From Octopus vulgaris (taxonomy: Eukaryota): a DNA stretch of 64,000 nt. Within the stretch, counting starts at the first letter, position 1; each line of letters starts with the position of its first letter. Where the stretch lies: contig OX597838.1 in NCBI GenBank assembly GCA_951406725.2, positions 3,410,001-3,474,000 on the forward strand, in the 5' to 3' direction. The translations under genes and the position numbers were made by a program. Positions 1-13,461 of the stretch are shown piece after piece. The notes below the pieces were generated by a model. It was not told where the DNA came from. It ran no database searches and saw only the letters and a list, made by a program, of their open reading frames with translations.

Positions 1-1270
1 AAAAATCTGACTGAAATAGCACAACTGTTGCATCAGCTGACCAAGTGACCGCAGCAGGAATCCATGCAGGTGGTATTGTAGTGTGGGCCACGTACTTACT
101 GAAATATTTGTCAGTATTTCACTAAGTACGTGGGTTAGGTTAAACCAAAAAAACAAAAATTCTTTTTAAAATTAAACAAAAAAAAAAGGAAAAGAGAAAG
201 TGAGTGAGTGAGTAGCAGCACTAAGGGCGGTCCGATGCTACATGCTGACACTCGACACGAAAAAAAATGTAAGTCAGTAGGAAAAGCTAATAATAACACC
301 AACTACAACACTGCTAACACACTTCCTGCACTGCCAGTTGGCTAGGTCACATAACAATCTGGTGGTTGATTGGCTCTCAGCACCAGTAAATCCTGGCTGT
401 CTTGGTAGCTCTGAAAAGAGCTTAGAAAGGCTAGGGCAAAAACCACCACACACACGACGACGACTAGCAGAATGTATATGTGAAGAGAAGACTCTTATCA
501 CTGGTCTAATAATAGCTATGTAGGTAATTAGTTTGATGACCTCAAATGCGTAACTGGTATTTAAGCCTTTGCCGTTGAAACAAGCCATACTCAGCACAAA
601 AGTTCTACCTGTTTTATGCTCAAACCGACCAGATCCAGGCTCTCACACCTACCCTAAACTGTCATTCTAAAAATAAACAAGTGCATCATTGAAATGTCAA
701 AGCTATGAGATAATGCAGGATTAATTCAAAATAATGTCAATAAATAAGCATTACATTTGACAATGTCCGCTTTCCATGCTAGCATGGGTTGGACGATTTG
801 ACTGAGGGCTGGTAATCCAGAAGGCTGCACCAGGCTTCAATCTTGATCTGGCAGAGTTTCTACATCTGGATGCCCTTCCTAATGTCAACCACTCCGAGAG
901 TGTAGTGGGTGCTTTTAAGTGCCACCGCCACGGGGCCAGTCAGGCGGCACTGGTAACGACCTCGCTCGAATCTTTTACACATGCCACCGGCACAGGTGCC
1001 AGTAAGGCGATGCTGGTAACGATCACGCTCGAATGGTGCCTTTTAAGTGGCACTGGCACGGAAGCCGGTTAGCCACTCTGTCAATGATCACACTCGTATG
1101 GTGCTCTATGCACCCTGCTAAAACGGACGCCAGTCATCGAATCTGATTTTGATAAGAGTTAATCCAACTATATCTGGCTCAAACCGACCAGATCCAGGCT
1201 CTCACACCTACCCTAAACTGTCATTCTAAAAATAAACAGTTGCATCATTGAAATATCAAAGCTATGAGAT

Positions 1271-1653
1271 ACTCTTTACTCTTTTACTTGTTTCAGTCAT
1301 TTGACTGCAGCCATGCTGGAGCACAACCTTTAGTTGAGTAAATCGACCCCAGGACTTATTCTTTGTAAGCCTAGTACTTATTCTATCGGTCTCTTTTGCC
1401 AGACCGCTAAGTTACGGGGATGTAGACACACCAGCATCGGTTGTCAAGCGATGTTGAGGGTGACAAATGCAGACATACAAACACACATACATATATACGA
1501 CAGGCTTCTTTCAGTTTCCGTCTACCAAATCCACTCAAGGCTTTGGTCGGCCCGAGGCTATAGTAGAAGACACTTGCCCAAGGTGCCATGCAGTGGGACT
1601 GAACCTGGAACCATGTGGTTGGTAAGCAAGCTACTTACCACACAGCCACTCCT
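1271..1653 (-). mobile_element. tRNA-derived SINE family A, full-length copy
   Basis: Head GGAGTGGCTGTGTGGTAAG...GGTTCAGTCC (A/B boxes), internal microsatellite and (AGTAAAAG)n tail. It is the most abundant family here, with further copies or fragments at about 2674, 3808, 5310, 8451, 11340, 13770, 14848, 30590, 35735, 38385, 44228, 53080, 56087 and 63428. Confidence 0.88.
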
Positions 1654-2094
1654 ACACCATTGTATATAAAAACTTGTTTTCATACTTTTACTGTAGGAAG
1701 CAAATAGATCCTCTCAAAAATCCGTGGCCCTTAACTGTAGAAAGTAGTTTTATATATTAATCTATTGCTAAGGAATTTCATGTTTGAAACCACCTTTTGC
1801 TGGAATATGTCAAGTTTACCGAGGTAATGGGACGTGCAGAAAACGCCAATTCTATTTGTTTTGGCAGATATTTAACATAATTACTATAATAACCAAGAAA
1901 CTTAATTTCATGGCGAAAGGGTTAAAATTAGTTAATTACAACATTAAGAGAATAAGGAATGTCATCAATGTTGTAATCAACTTCGTCAGTGTAATCATTC
2001 TCATCATTCTTGCTATCATTGGTTAACCTTTTTCTCTGTGGAAATCAGATATACCCACTCCAAATTTCATTACCACTAATTGCAGAAAGCAGTT

Positions 2095-2197
<103 letters not shown>

Positions 2198-2314
2198 TAT
2201 ACCAACCAATTTGTTGAGGAATCTCGTGTTTCAAACTATTTTCTGTTGAGATATGTTGAGTTTATTGAGACTTTCAGAAAATACCAATTCTACCTTTTTT
2301 GGGTAGATATTGAA

Positions 2315-2535
2315 CCCTTTCGTTACCAACCTGGCTGAAATCAGCTCCGGCTCGGAGTACAAATGTCTTGTTTTCAAAAGTTCTGAATTGATATCTTCCA
2401 CCAAACCTTCGTCACAATTTATGTTCCTAACATTAGCTTAATGATAACTAAGTTATTTCACTAAATTCTTTGTTTATATTTTAAGTAATTGAAAGAAATA
2501 CGGAGCACCTCAAAATAAATACAGTAACGAAAGGG
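2315..2535. mobile_element. piggyBac-like (TTAA) MITE
   Basis: Perfect 12-bp TIRs CCCTTTCGTTAC / GTAACGAAAGGG with TTAA on the right flank. Related copies lie at about 6575-6795, 10505-10707 and 16597-16990. Confidence 0.75.
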
Positions 2536-4062
2536 TTAACGTCATTAATGGAATAACCAAGAAAGTTAATTTCACATTCATTTTAATGGGGGCGGGGGCT
2601 ATCTAGAGCTACTAATATTTTTGTCTTATTTCTAAAACATGGTACATTTGCAGAAATTATTTGAAGATTTAGCAGGTGTGGCTGTGTGGGTAGTTTGCTT
2701 CCCAACCACATATTTTCAGGTTCAGTCCCACTGTGTGGCACCTCGGGGTTGGGTGATTGGGTAAAAATGTCTTCTACTATAGTCCCTAACTGACCAATGC
2801 CCTGTGAATAGATTTGGGAGACAGAAACTGAAAGAAGGCCATAGTGCGTGGGTGCACATGTGTGAGTGTTGGTGCTCCCACCACTGTTTGACAGCAGCTG
2901 TTGGTTTGTTTACATCATGGTAACTTAGCAGTTGGGCAAAAGAGACCGATAAAATAAGATCCAGTCTTTAAAGAAAAAAAATGGAGGTGGAATAAGTAGG
3001 GAGGCTGGTTTGTTCAAGCTAAACCCTTCAAGGAGGTACCCCAGCATGGCCACAGTTCAATGAGTGAAACAAATCAGAAAGTTTGAAGATATTATCTCCA
3101 AGTTTGAGTGGCCATCTTAATGGCTCCTCTGTAGTAGTAGTAGAAGTAGTAGTAGAAGTAGTAGTAGTAGTAGTGGTGGTAGTAGTAGTGGTAGCAGCAA
3201 TAAGTCAGTAAGGTAATTTTGTCAAGCTTGACAAAAAAGTGTTGGTCATACAGTGTGTGTGTAGTCTAAGTCCTGTTAGAGTGACAGGAGGGTAGGTGTA
3301 TGGGGGTGGGAGAGACAGTAGAGGTGGTGGTTAGCCGTGCACTTGATTGACACTAGAAGCAGCAGTGACTCAACAACTTTGGTCGAACTTCCTTCCATGA
3401 CACCATCACTTGAACAGCATTCATTCACCCTGCCAGGGGGGGGGGGGGCATCACTTGCTACGTGGTCACGGTATCCGCTAGAAATAGCAGTCAAATCTAC
3501 TGAAATTTACGTGCACATGCACACATACACTTATGCAGATATGCTGCGCAAATAAAACAGTCCAAGATATGCAATGATAGATAGGGAAGAATGTACTAGA
3601 AATAGCAGTCGAGTCTACTGTAGTTCACACTCGTACTCTAAAGAAGGACACACCAGGCAAAACAGTCTTAGATATGCTATGTCAGAGAGAGAAGAAAACA
3701 GTAGAAATAGCAGTCAAATCTACTGTAATTTATACACACACCCTAAAGAGTGATACACTGGCTAAAATAGTTCTAGATATGCAATGTCTGAAAGACAAGG
3801 TGGTGAGAGGTTATAGTAGAAGACACTTGCCCAAGGTGCCACGCAGTGGGACTGAACCCGGAACCATGTGGTTGGTAAGCAAGCTACTTACCACACAGCC
3901 ACTCCTGCGCCTATGATAGAAATCAATATTGTTATCTTGAAGATTAACTTCACCCATCATTCTTCAGTAGTTAGTTAATTAAGTACTAATCAAGTACTTG
4001 ATTTAATCAGCTGCTGCTTCCATCCTCAAAAGCCTCTGGCCTTCATCCCACATTTAAAACCA

Positions 4063-4500
4063 TTATTACCACCTCTGCCTTAGTGAAGGCAGAGGTAATA
4101 ATAATAATAATAATGTCACTTTGATGGCATGAACTGCTCTCTCACGCAATAATAATAATAATAATAGTATTGTTTTCAGTCGGGTTTGTCTGTGGACAAG
4201 ATGATATCTCAAGAACCGCCAGATGGATTCAGATGAAACTTTCAGGGATGTTTGGACCCGTGACTGACATAAACTGATTAGATCTGGGGACTGATCCCGT
4301 ACCGGACAATAATTCTGGATTATTTTTCCTGTTTTTTACTTAATTCTTGAGAGCAGCAGGATTCATGTTTAGCATTCTCATTTGTGAGAGCAGTCAAGTT
4401 TATTTCAGACATTCTCATTTTAAAAATCATCTCTGGCTAATCTTTGAGAGGACATTGGTGTTGCCTTGGCAGAGGTTTGCACTCTCTGAGTGCTCTTATT
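4063..4500 (+). mobile_element. Non-autonomous Helentron-associated element (HINE-like)
   Basis: 5' TTATTACC followed by palindrome ACCTCTGCCTT-AGTG-AAGGCAGAGGT. 3' subTIR GGCAGAGGT (4468-4476) is followed by stem-loop GCACTC-TCT-GAGTGC, and the flanks are T-rich. This is the hallmark HINE/DINE-1 architecture. Confidence 0.8.
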
Positions 4501-4507
4501 ATTATTA

Positions 4508-5290
4508 AAGTGGTGAGCTGATAGCATCGCTAGTATGTCAGGCAAAATGCTCACAGGAATTTCTTCCAATTTGTTACGTTCTGTGTTCAAATATGACTTT
4601 GGCTTTCATTCTTTCAGGGTCGATCAAATAAGCCAAACACAAATCTACTGAACAAGTATTCAACAAGCCCCCTCCCCACGAATTTCCAGGCCCTGTGCCT
4701 ATAGTAGAAAGAGACCTTAATATTATTATTATTATTATTATTGAGGTTAGCTGGGCTGGCAGAATTGTTAGCAAGCCGAGGAAAATGCTTAGCAGCATTT
4801 CATCTGTCGCTACGTTCTGAGTTCAAATTCCGCCACAGTCGACTTTGCCTTTCATCCTTTTGAGATCAATAAATTAAGTACCAGTTGCATACTGGGGTCA
4901 ATCTAATCGACTGGCCCCAACCCACCAAATTTCAAGCCTTGTGCCCTTAGTAGAAAGGATTATTATTATTATCATTATTAATGAGGCGAGCTGGACTGGC
5001 AGAATCATTAGCAAGCTGAGCAAAATGCTTAGTAGCATCTCGTCTGTCTTTACGTTCTGAGTTCAAATTCTGCCGAGGTCGACTTTGCCTTTCATCCTTT
5101 CAGGGGTTGATGAAATAAGTACCAGTTGAGCACTGGGGCTGATGTAATTAACTAGGCCCCTCCTCCAAAGTTTCACAAGCTGGCAGAACTGTTAGCACAT
5201 CTGAGAAAATGCTCAGCAGCAATCCTTCTAGATGTTAACGGTCAGAGTTCAAATCCCATGCAGATCGACCTTGCCTTTTAGCATTTCTTA
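4508..5290 (+). mobile_element. Head-to-tail cluster (about 4 copies) of SINE family B (Nin/Deu-domain-like)
   Basis: Repeated GAGCTGGCAGAAT..TTAGCA...GAGTTCAAATTC...GACTTTGCCTTTCATCCTTT..GGGGTCGAT..AAGTACCAG, mostly separated by (TTA)n tails. Confidence 0.8.
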
Positions 5291-8200
5291 AATACCTTTT
5301 TTTTTTTGAAGTTTGGTACTTACTCTATAGATCTCTTTTGCTGAACTGCTAAGCAGCAGGGGTGTAAACAAACCAACACCAGTCGTTGAGTGGTGGGGTA
5401 ACAGATACAAACACACAGACACATATGGTAGGCTTCCTCACAGTTTGTCTACCAAATTCCCAAATCTACTCACAAGGCTTTGGTCAGCTCGGGGCCACAG
5501 AAGACACTTGCGCAAGGGGTGTCATGCAGTGGGTTTGAACTTGAAACCACACTGCTGCCAAGCAAGCTTCCTACCCACACAGCCATTATTAAACAATAAA
5601 ATTATTATCAGTAGTAGTAGTAGTAGTGGGTCCTGGCTAAACTGACACCCTTGTTTCTGCAAAATGAGGGGCCTTATGCTTCTGGTAGAAATCAGTTATC
5701 TTCACTGCCGTTTATTGCTTTCAGGCACAGTCTATCTAAGACTACAAAAATATGTACTTCGCCTTTTTTTTTTAAATTTTAAAACTGTAGGATGTGATAC
5801 AAGGGTAATTTGGCTACTATTTCTAGCAAAAGAGATATCATGATTCAGTATAGTAGAGACTCCCTTATTGTGTGTATACTTGTGTGAGTGTGAAGGTGTT
5901 CTGATGTGCGTAGGTGTGTGTACGTGAGTGTGTACGTGCGAGTGTGTATGTGTGAGTGTGATCCAGATCCCAGTGAGTAGGTGTTCTGATGTGCGTAGGT
6001 TGTGTGTGTGAGTATAGCTATGCATGACTGCGTGCGTGTATGTGCGTGCACGCATGCGCAAGTGAATGTCCAGATCCAGGTGTGTAGGTGTCCTTATGTG
6101 TGTATAGCTGTTCAGGTGTGAGTTTGTATGCATGTGTATCAATATATAACTGTGTATGCGTGACAGAGTAAGAGAGAGAGTATGTGTGTGTGTGTGTATC
6201 TATGTATGCGTGTGTCTGCGTGGGTGTTTGCATAGCTGTGCAAGAGTGTGGCTATGTGTAACAACACAAATGGCTTGAAAGCTGCTAACGAGACAACATC
6301 AATGAAACTGCTTTTTCCCGTTCCATCGGAAAACCGTCAACACTATCATAAGCATTGACATCACCAACATAACCAAGAAGCCATCACTAACACCATCACC
6401 ACTACAACGACAAACATCATCTAAACCAACGCCTCTCATCAGGTGTCTATATGGCCCTTGGAGACCCACATGAGATTTTGTTGCTAAAATTTATGTGCAG
6501 TGAATTGTTTACAGTTCTACAACACATAAAACATCTTAATTTTGTTTATACAATTCCTCATAACACAGTCCTGTATTTTACTGTATTTCTTTTGAGATGT
6601 TCTGTGTTTCTTCCAATTAATTTTAAATATAGCAAAGGATTTAGTTAAATGACTTAGTTATCATTAAGCTAGTGTTAGGAACATAAATTGTGACTAAGGT
6701 TTGGTGGAAGATTTTAATTCAAAACTTATGAAAACAAGACATTTGTACGACAGAGCCAGAGGTGGTTTCAGCCAGGTTTGGTATCAAAAGGGTTAATTAC
6801 AAAAATACAATAACTTGCATTCCATCAGTTATGACAATGAGGGTTCCAGTTAATCCAGTCAACAGAACAGCCTGTTCCTGAAATTAATATGCAAGTGGCT
6901 GAGTATTCCACAGACATACGTGCTCTTAATGTAGTTCCTAGGGAAGTTCAGCGAGATACAGAATATGACAAGGCTGGCCCCTTTGAAATACAGGTACACT
7001 TTATTTCAGGTTCTGGCAAAAAATGTAGTAGCTGCATTTCAAAGGGCCAGCCTGGTCACACACTGTGTCATGCTGAAGTTCCCTGAGAACTATGTTAATT
7101 GTATGGGTCTCCATGGAGTGCTCAAGGACACAACATGCCACTAGGAATTGAACTTTTGACCTTCTCATTGCGAGCCGAATACCCTAACCGCTAAGCCATG
7201 TGCCTTCTCTTTTTGTCCCCTCTATGTGTAGCCCCTTGTGAGCAATAAAGAAAAAAAGAACTATGGTAGAAGATGCTTGCCTGAGGTGCCAGAGTGGGAC
7301 TGAACCTGGAACTGTGTGGTTGAGAAGTGAACTTCTTACCACACGGCTACATTCCACAACACAGCATTACATCATAATTCTAGATACTGCTACGCTAACT
7401 AATATTACAACTTTGAATCACACCACTAAAACCATGGCAACAACCATGCGCTCCCCCACCCACCCCGCACTTTCACTTCGTCCCATCATCACAATGTCAC
7501 ATCCTGATTCACAAACGGAACTTTTCATTTTCCAAGAAAATCATTCCCATATTTGATAGTAAAAACGAAACAACCCCACCCCACCCCCAACAAAATTGCC
7601 ATTCACCTCCAGCCCCTTCTCTATTTTTAATTCTTCCCACCCACCCACCACCACCACTACCTTAAATATGTTTAGAATGTTTCTGGCAGGTCATACTTAA
7701 CTGTAAAAGGTCCTTCCATTCAAACAACCACACACACACCTTCTTGGCTGCCCCATGTGACTAACTATGCCATTCATTACATCAACACACCTTCGATTCC
7801 ACCCACTATCATGCAAGATTGAAGACACACCTTCCTGGCTCATCAATTAGGTCACACCTACCCACCATGACTAAAATCTACCCACCCACACACTCGAGAA
7901 TCTACGGACTACTGGTCGACTTGCTAAAAATAACAGTCAACTATCTCATATCACAGTCCTATTAAAAGCGGAAGAACACGGATGATGTAGGCATAAATAC
8001 ACGGTTTCAAAAAAATAATAATAATGATAAAGATGGGATGGTCATGGTTTTGTCTGCTAGATTAAAACAGTCCTAGACTCAATTATCCAGCTATGACTGG
8101 AATGTCATCCGTGATTTTTATGATGGGGTACAAGCATGGCTATGTGGTTAACAAGTTCATTTTGCAAACCTGCAGTTTCAGGTTCAACACACACACACAC

Positions 8201-9679
8201 ACGCGCGCGCAGAGTTTACAATTTTGTTAAGGTGGGATCAACAAATAACGTACTCCAATCCAGTGACAAATATCATTTCGTGGACACATTATTTAAAACA
8301 GGGGTTTTTCAACCTTATTTTGCTTGTGGACCCCCTGAGAGCAGCTACCTTAGCATCTGTGGACCCCATATATGCACATGTAAATTTTTGAAATAAAATA
8401 TTCGTTTGTAGGTTAGTAAAAACTAACAATGAAACTATTTCATCATATCTTTACTCTTTTTACTCGTTTCAGTCATTTGAATGTGGCCATGCTGGAGCAC
8501 CACCTTTAGTCGAGCAAATCGACCTCAGGACTTATTCTTTGTAAGCCCAGTACTTATTCTACTGGTCTCTTTTGCCGAACTGCTAAGTTACGGGGGACGT
8601 AAACACACCAGCATCGGTTGTCAAGGACAAACACAGACACACAAACCCATATACACACGTACATATAGATATATACGATGGGCTTCTTTTACGTTCTGAG
8701 TTCAAATCCCGCCGAGGTTGACTTTGCCTATCATCGGGGTCGATAAATTAAGTACCAGTTACGCACTGGGGTCAATGTAATCGACATAATCCCTTTGTCT
8801 GTCCTTGTTTGTACCCTCTGTGTTTCGCCCCCTTGTGGGCAATAAAGAAATAAAATATATATGTATATGTCCCCCACCATCACTTGACAACCGATGTTGG
8901 TGTTTTTATGTCCCAGTAATGTAGTGGTTTGGTAAAAGAGGCCAATACAGTAAGTACTAGCTGGGGTTGATTTCTTCAACTAAAGACCCTTTAAGGCAGT
9001 GCTCCAACATGGCCGCAGTCAAATGACTGAAACAAGTAAAAGAATCACACACACACACACATCTGAAAGCAAAATGGATGTTTTTGTTTGATTTTTTTAT
9101 CAAGTGTTGCTGGATCGTGATGCAGTCACCAATAAAAGAGCCTCTGTGTCTTCTTCGTGGAAGTGAAATCCAGGATGTGGCGGCTTACTTAAAGCCCATC
9201 CTGCAGCAAGCTGTTGAATACAGCTTGTCTCTGAAGCACCGACTTGGCTCTCAAGGACGTATTCATTCCAAACTGGGTCAATAGCTCTGCACACCAAGAC
9301 CTTTACCACCACCACCACCACCACCACCACCACCGTTGCCGCCATCATCACATACTGTATATTAACTTACGTTGAACCGACAAGGAAGCTTCTAATCCTA
9401 CAGTTATCAATTTATTTTTTTCACTTCATGTTGCACTGAGGGAATTAAATAACAGAAATATTAAAAAATATAAAATAAAAACTGGTGCAGTGGAGGTCAT
9501 ATAAAACATGATGGATTCACTTTCGGTGTGGAAAGTTTAATAAAAAAAAAAACTGCTTTAGAAAGTCAACTCTTTAGTTACCAAATATCTATTCAATTGG
9601 CCCCACCTTCATTTCCGTTAATTCTGGAAAACTAAATGAGTATTTCAGTAAAACAATAAAATATCTTTGTTACAATTAA

Positions 9680-10145
9680 TCGTTTAGCATTCAGATTACT
9701 ATTAAATGTCCTGCTTGTTTATTTACAGAATTAATCTTGCATTATCTTATAGCTAAGAGATTCCAATGATGTGATTGTTTAATCTAAGAATGACATTGTC
9801 AGGTAAGTGGCTGGTTTGAACGTAAAACAGGCTTGATGATTTGGGCCAGACATGGCTGGTTTAACCCTTTAGCATTCAGATTGCTCTGTCAAATGTAATC
9901 CGAATTTATTCACTTTGTTTTCAGTTAAGAATGTATTATCTTACAGCTTTGAGATTTCCATTATGCGATCGTTTATTTTTGGAATGACATTGTAGAGTAG
10001 GTGTGAAAGGCTGGATCTGGCTGATTTGAGCTTGAAACAAGAATATTTGGGCCAAATATGGCTAGTTTAAAATGCTTTACCATTCAAATTACTCTGTCAA
10101 ATGTAATACCTATTTATTCACATTAATTTGAATTAATCCTGCATT
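9680..10145. repeat. Tandem array (about 2.5 units) of a roughly 190-bp TTAA-type MITE-like repeat
   Basis: TTTAGCATTCAGATT...GAATGACATTGT...GGCTGGTTTAA recurs at about 9683, 9868 and 10076. The same family occurs at 560-760, 1165-1272 and 21060-21192. Confidence 0.6.
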
Positions 10146-10148
10146 AGT

Positions 10149-10425
10149 GGAGGCACATGGCCTAGTGAAGAGCAGCAGACTCGTGGTCGAGGGATCATGG
10201 GTTCGAATCTCAGACCGGGCAATGTGTGTGTTTATGAGCAAAACACCTAAGCTCCACGTGGCTCCGGCAGAAGGTAATGGCGAACTTCTGCTGACTCTTT
10301 CGCCACAACTTTCTCTCACTCCTTCCTACTGCATCTTGCAGCTCAACTGCGACGGACCTGCGTCCCGTCAAGATGGGGAACCTATATGCCAAGGAAACCG
10401 GGAAACCGACCCTATGAGCATGGCT
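10149..10425 (+). mobile_element. tRNA-derived SINE family C
   Basis: tRNA-like head GGAGGCACATGGCCTAGTG...GGTTCGAATCTC continuing into a conserved body also seen at 17975-18262 and 18622-18815. Confidence 0.8.
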
Positions 10426-11682
10426 TCTTACCACACAGCCGTGTCTATGAATGTGTTTTTCAAGAAACTCAAATACAAGAGTGGATTTTGTAAAGCTTTT
10501 TAATACAAATCCATCCGAGACCAACCCTGAATCTATGATATAAACTTCTTGCTTTTAAGTATTCCAAATTAAAATCTTCCATTGAAAATTCATGTTAATA
10601 TACGTTTCCAATACCAGTTTAATAACAAAGGAATTTTCCTTCGTTATTTTTGAAATGAACTGAAACACAGGCAGAGAATTTAGAGAGAAATACGGTAACA
10701 AAAGGGTTGTAGATCTGTTAATTTTTGGACTAATCTCCGATTCCAAGACTGAGAAATTGACAGCTATAGCCATGAAAATTTATTGGAAATAACTTCCAAA
10801 TCCACACTAAAGTCATAAAATGAAGGATACATTGTATACTAGACACTTAGATACACTTAGATAGAATGCATATGAGTGGAATGTCCAGGTCTCACGACTG
10901 ATCTAGGACCAAAAACAAAAAAGATTCTAGCCACTATGATCTGCTTGAAATAGCAGCCAAACCTTACCCGCTGACCAAAAGAAAGAAAAAACAAAGGAAG
11001 GATGCATTAGATAATGGAGACCTAGACACACTGTCTAAAATAAATGGGAGAGTCACGGTTGGAATGTCTTTGATCATAGGGTCTGCAAGATCTCAGAGCA
11101 AATGCTGATACAGTCATTTTCCTCCCTTCCCCCCCATCACATAATTATTTCTAATTAACTTCTAAATGCCACTGTATTTAAATATATCAACACTAATTGC
11201 ACACTAATTGCTACAAGCCAATTAAGGTGCAACTATGCAGCCACCAGACCTGCTAGACATAACAGCCAAAATCTTCTTGCAAAAAAAAAACCATACATTG
11301 CTGTGTCTACCATACACCATTTTCCGTTCATCTTTAGTCTTCTTGTTTTAGTCATCAGACTGTGGCCATGCTGGGGCATCACCTAAACCAACCCCAGTAC
11401 TTCTCTTAAAGTCTGCTACTTATTCTGTTGTTCTCTTTTGTCAGGCCACTAAGTTATGGGGACGTAAACAAACTGGTTACCAAGGGAGGGGACAAACAAC
11501 AGGCTTCTTTTGGTTTCCATCAACCAAATCCATTCATAAGGCTTTGGTCAACCCGAGACTCTAGAAGACACTTGCCCAAGGTGCTGTGCAGTGGGAATGA
11601 ACCCATGACCACATGGCTGGGAAACAAGCTCCTTAACCACACAGCCATGCATGCACCTATCTGACAATGATAATCCTTTCTA

Positions 11683-11890
11683 CTAGTTAGTTAGTTAATT
11701 TGGCTCAAAAGCAAATAGCAAGGCCATGTAGGGGGACATGGAGTTAAGTACAGGGTGGTGTTCATGTAAAGAGTTCAGGCCACTTGAGGTCAAGGGAGGC
11801 TTTGAACAAAGCGGTTGTCAGCATCTTCACCATCTCGTCTGGCAGCTTGTTCCACGGATCCGCAACCCGGACGGAGAAAGCTCCTCTCCT
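11683..11890 (-). mobile_element. CR1-clade LINE 3' fragment
   Basis: Minus strand encodes RRGAFSVRVADPWNKLPDEMVKMLTTALFKASLDLKW*, the CR1 ORF2 C-terminal FS-RV--WN-LP...FK--LD motif, followed by a short UTR and a (TAAC)n tail. Confidence 0.85.
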
Positions 11891-12843
11891 TCAAGGCCTG
11901 CCAATTCGGAGAGAAGGGATTAATCAATTATATTGACCCCAGTACCTGACTGGTATCCATTTCATTGACCCACTAAAGAAGGACAGGCTAAGTTAACCCC
12001 ATCAGAATTTGAACTCAGAATATGAAAGCAGGCAAAATGCTGTTGAGCATTTTGCCACTATCTTAATCTTAATAATAATAATAATAATAATAATAAAATA
12101 TATAATAATGGTTTCAAATTTTTCCACAAGTGCAGCAATTGGTACTTATTTTATCGGCCCCGAAAGGATGACAGATGAAGTCGACCTCATCGGAATTTGA
12201 ACTCAGAACGTAGTGACTGGCGAAATAACGCTAAGCATTTCGTCCAGTGTGCTAACGATTCTGCCAGCTCACCGCCTTCAATAATAATAATAATAATAAT
12301 AATGACAGGATGATCACGATCGGATTGTCTTTGAGCATAGATTTGCTGGATCTCAGGGCTCTAAGCAACAAAAACAATCATTCATAGTCCGCACCCACGA
12401 AAACGTCCTTCTCTATGCGGCATTCCACCTGCTAGAAATAGCAACCACATCGCACCCCCTACCCCCACCCTCTCAAATCACACGCAACGATTTCGATGAT
12501 AGAATTCAAAATAAAATAAAAGGAGAATAAGGGGGGGTGGGGGGATATATTGTATTGAGACGACAGAGGTGCAAGCGTACTGTTTGGAAAAATATAAAAT
12601 AAAGCCAGTAAGATGGATGGTCACGGTTGGAAGGAAGAGCCGTTGCTGATAGGGTAAACGCATCAACTTCATAAACAACATCACGTTTCCCGTGACTGAT
12701 GACATCAGTCACTTACGAATCCACTGATTATCGATAAAATACTTTCTTAGTTTTACTAATATCGAACAGAATAGCAACACGGAGAGAGGGAGGGAGGGAG
12801 TGTGTGTGTGCGCGCGCACGTTTATTTATATATATATATATAT

Positions 12844-12887
<44 letters not shown>

Positions 12888-12890
12888 ACA

Positions 12891-13073
12891 CGAAGGACTG
12901 CTGAAAAGTTCCTGGCTTATGATTCTATTCAACATAGTCCCCGCTCAGATTTACACACTCATTGCAGTGGTCCTTCAGGTTTTCTAAGCCCTGTGAAAGA
13001 ACTCGGAAGGTTGGGCCACAAACCAAGCCTTTCGCGAGACCCTTAAGGCCAGGAACTTTCCATCACCTCCTCG
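12891..13073. mobile_element. Mariner-derived MITE
   Basis: Imperfect TIRs CGAAGGACTGCTGAAAAGTTCCTGGCTT / AGGCCAGGAACTTTCCATCACCTCCTCG, inserted in TA-rich microsatellite. Confidence 0.7.
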
Positions 13074-13176
13074 TATATATATACATATATACACGCACAT
13101 ACACAAAACGTACGCAACATACATCACACTGTATACAAACACACACATTTACATACATTGATATATATATATATAT

Positions 13177-13221
<45 letters not shown>

Positions 13222-13402
13222 GAGGGGGAGGGAGGGAGAGAGAGAGTCCTGCCTGCACTCGTCTGCCGAGTGTGACTTCAATCTTTGCAAGTGAAACTCA
13301 ACTTATTTACGTCCATCCAAAATATTTAAAAAAAAACCCAAGCACATGACTACCATGTTTCTCCATAAACCAATATTATAGTTACACACACACATATATA
13401 TA

Positions 13403-13461
<59 letters not shown>

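Noticed and set aside
618-1271. Roughly 95-bp direct repeat (618-711 and 1177-1271) read as a giant target-site duplication
   Set aside because: Both copies belong to a MITE-like family that forms tandem arrays elsewhere (9680-10145), and they do not abut the intervening element symmetrically.
9100-9351. Minus-strand ORF with an apparent signal peptide (poly-Val)
   Set aside because: The hydrophobic stretch is a (GGT)n microsatellite, and there are no recognisable precursor features.
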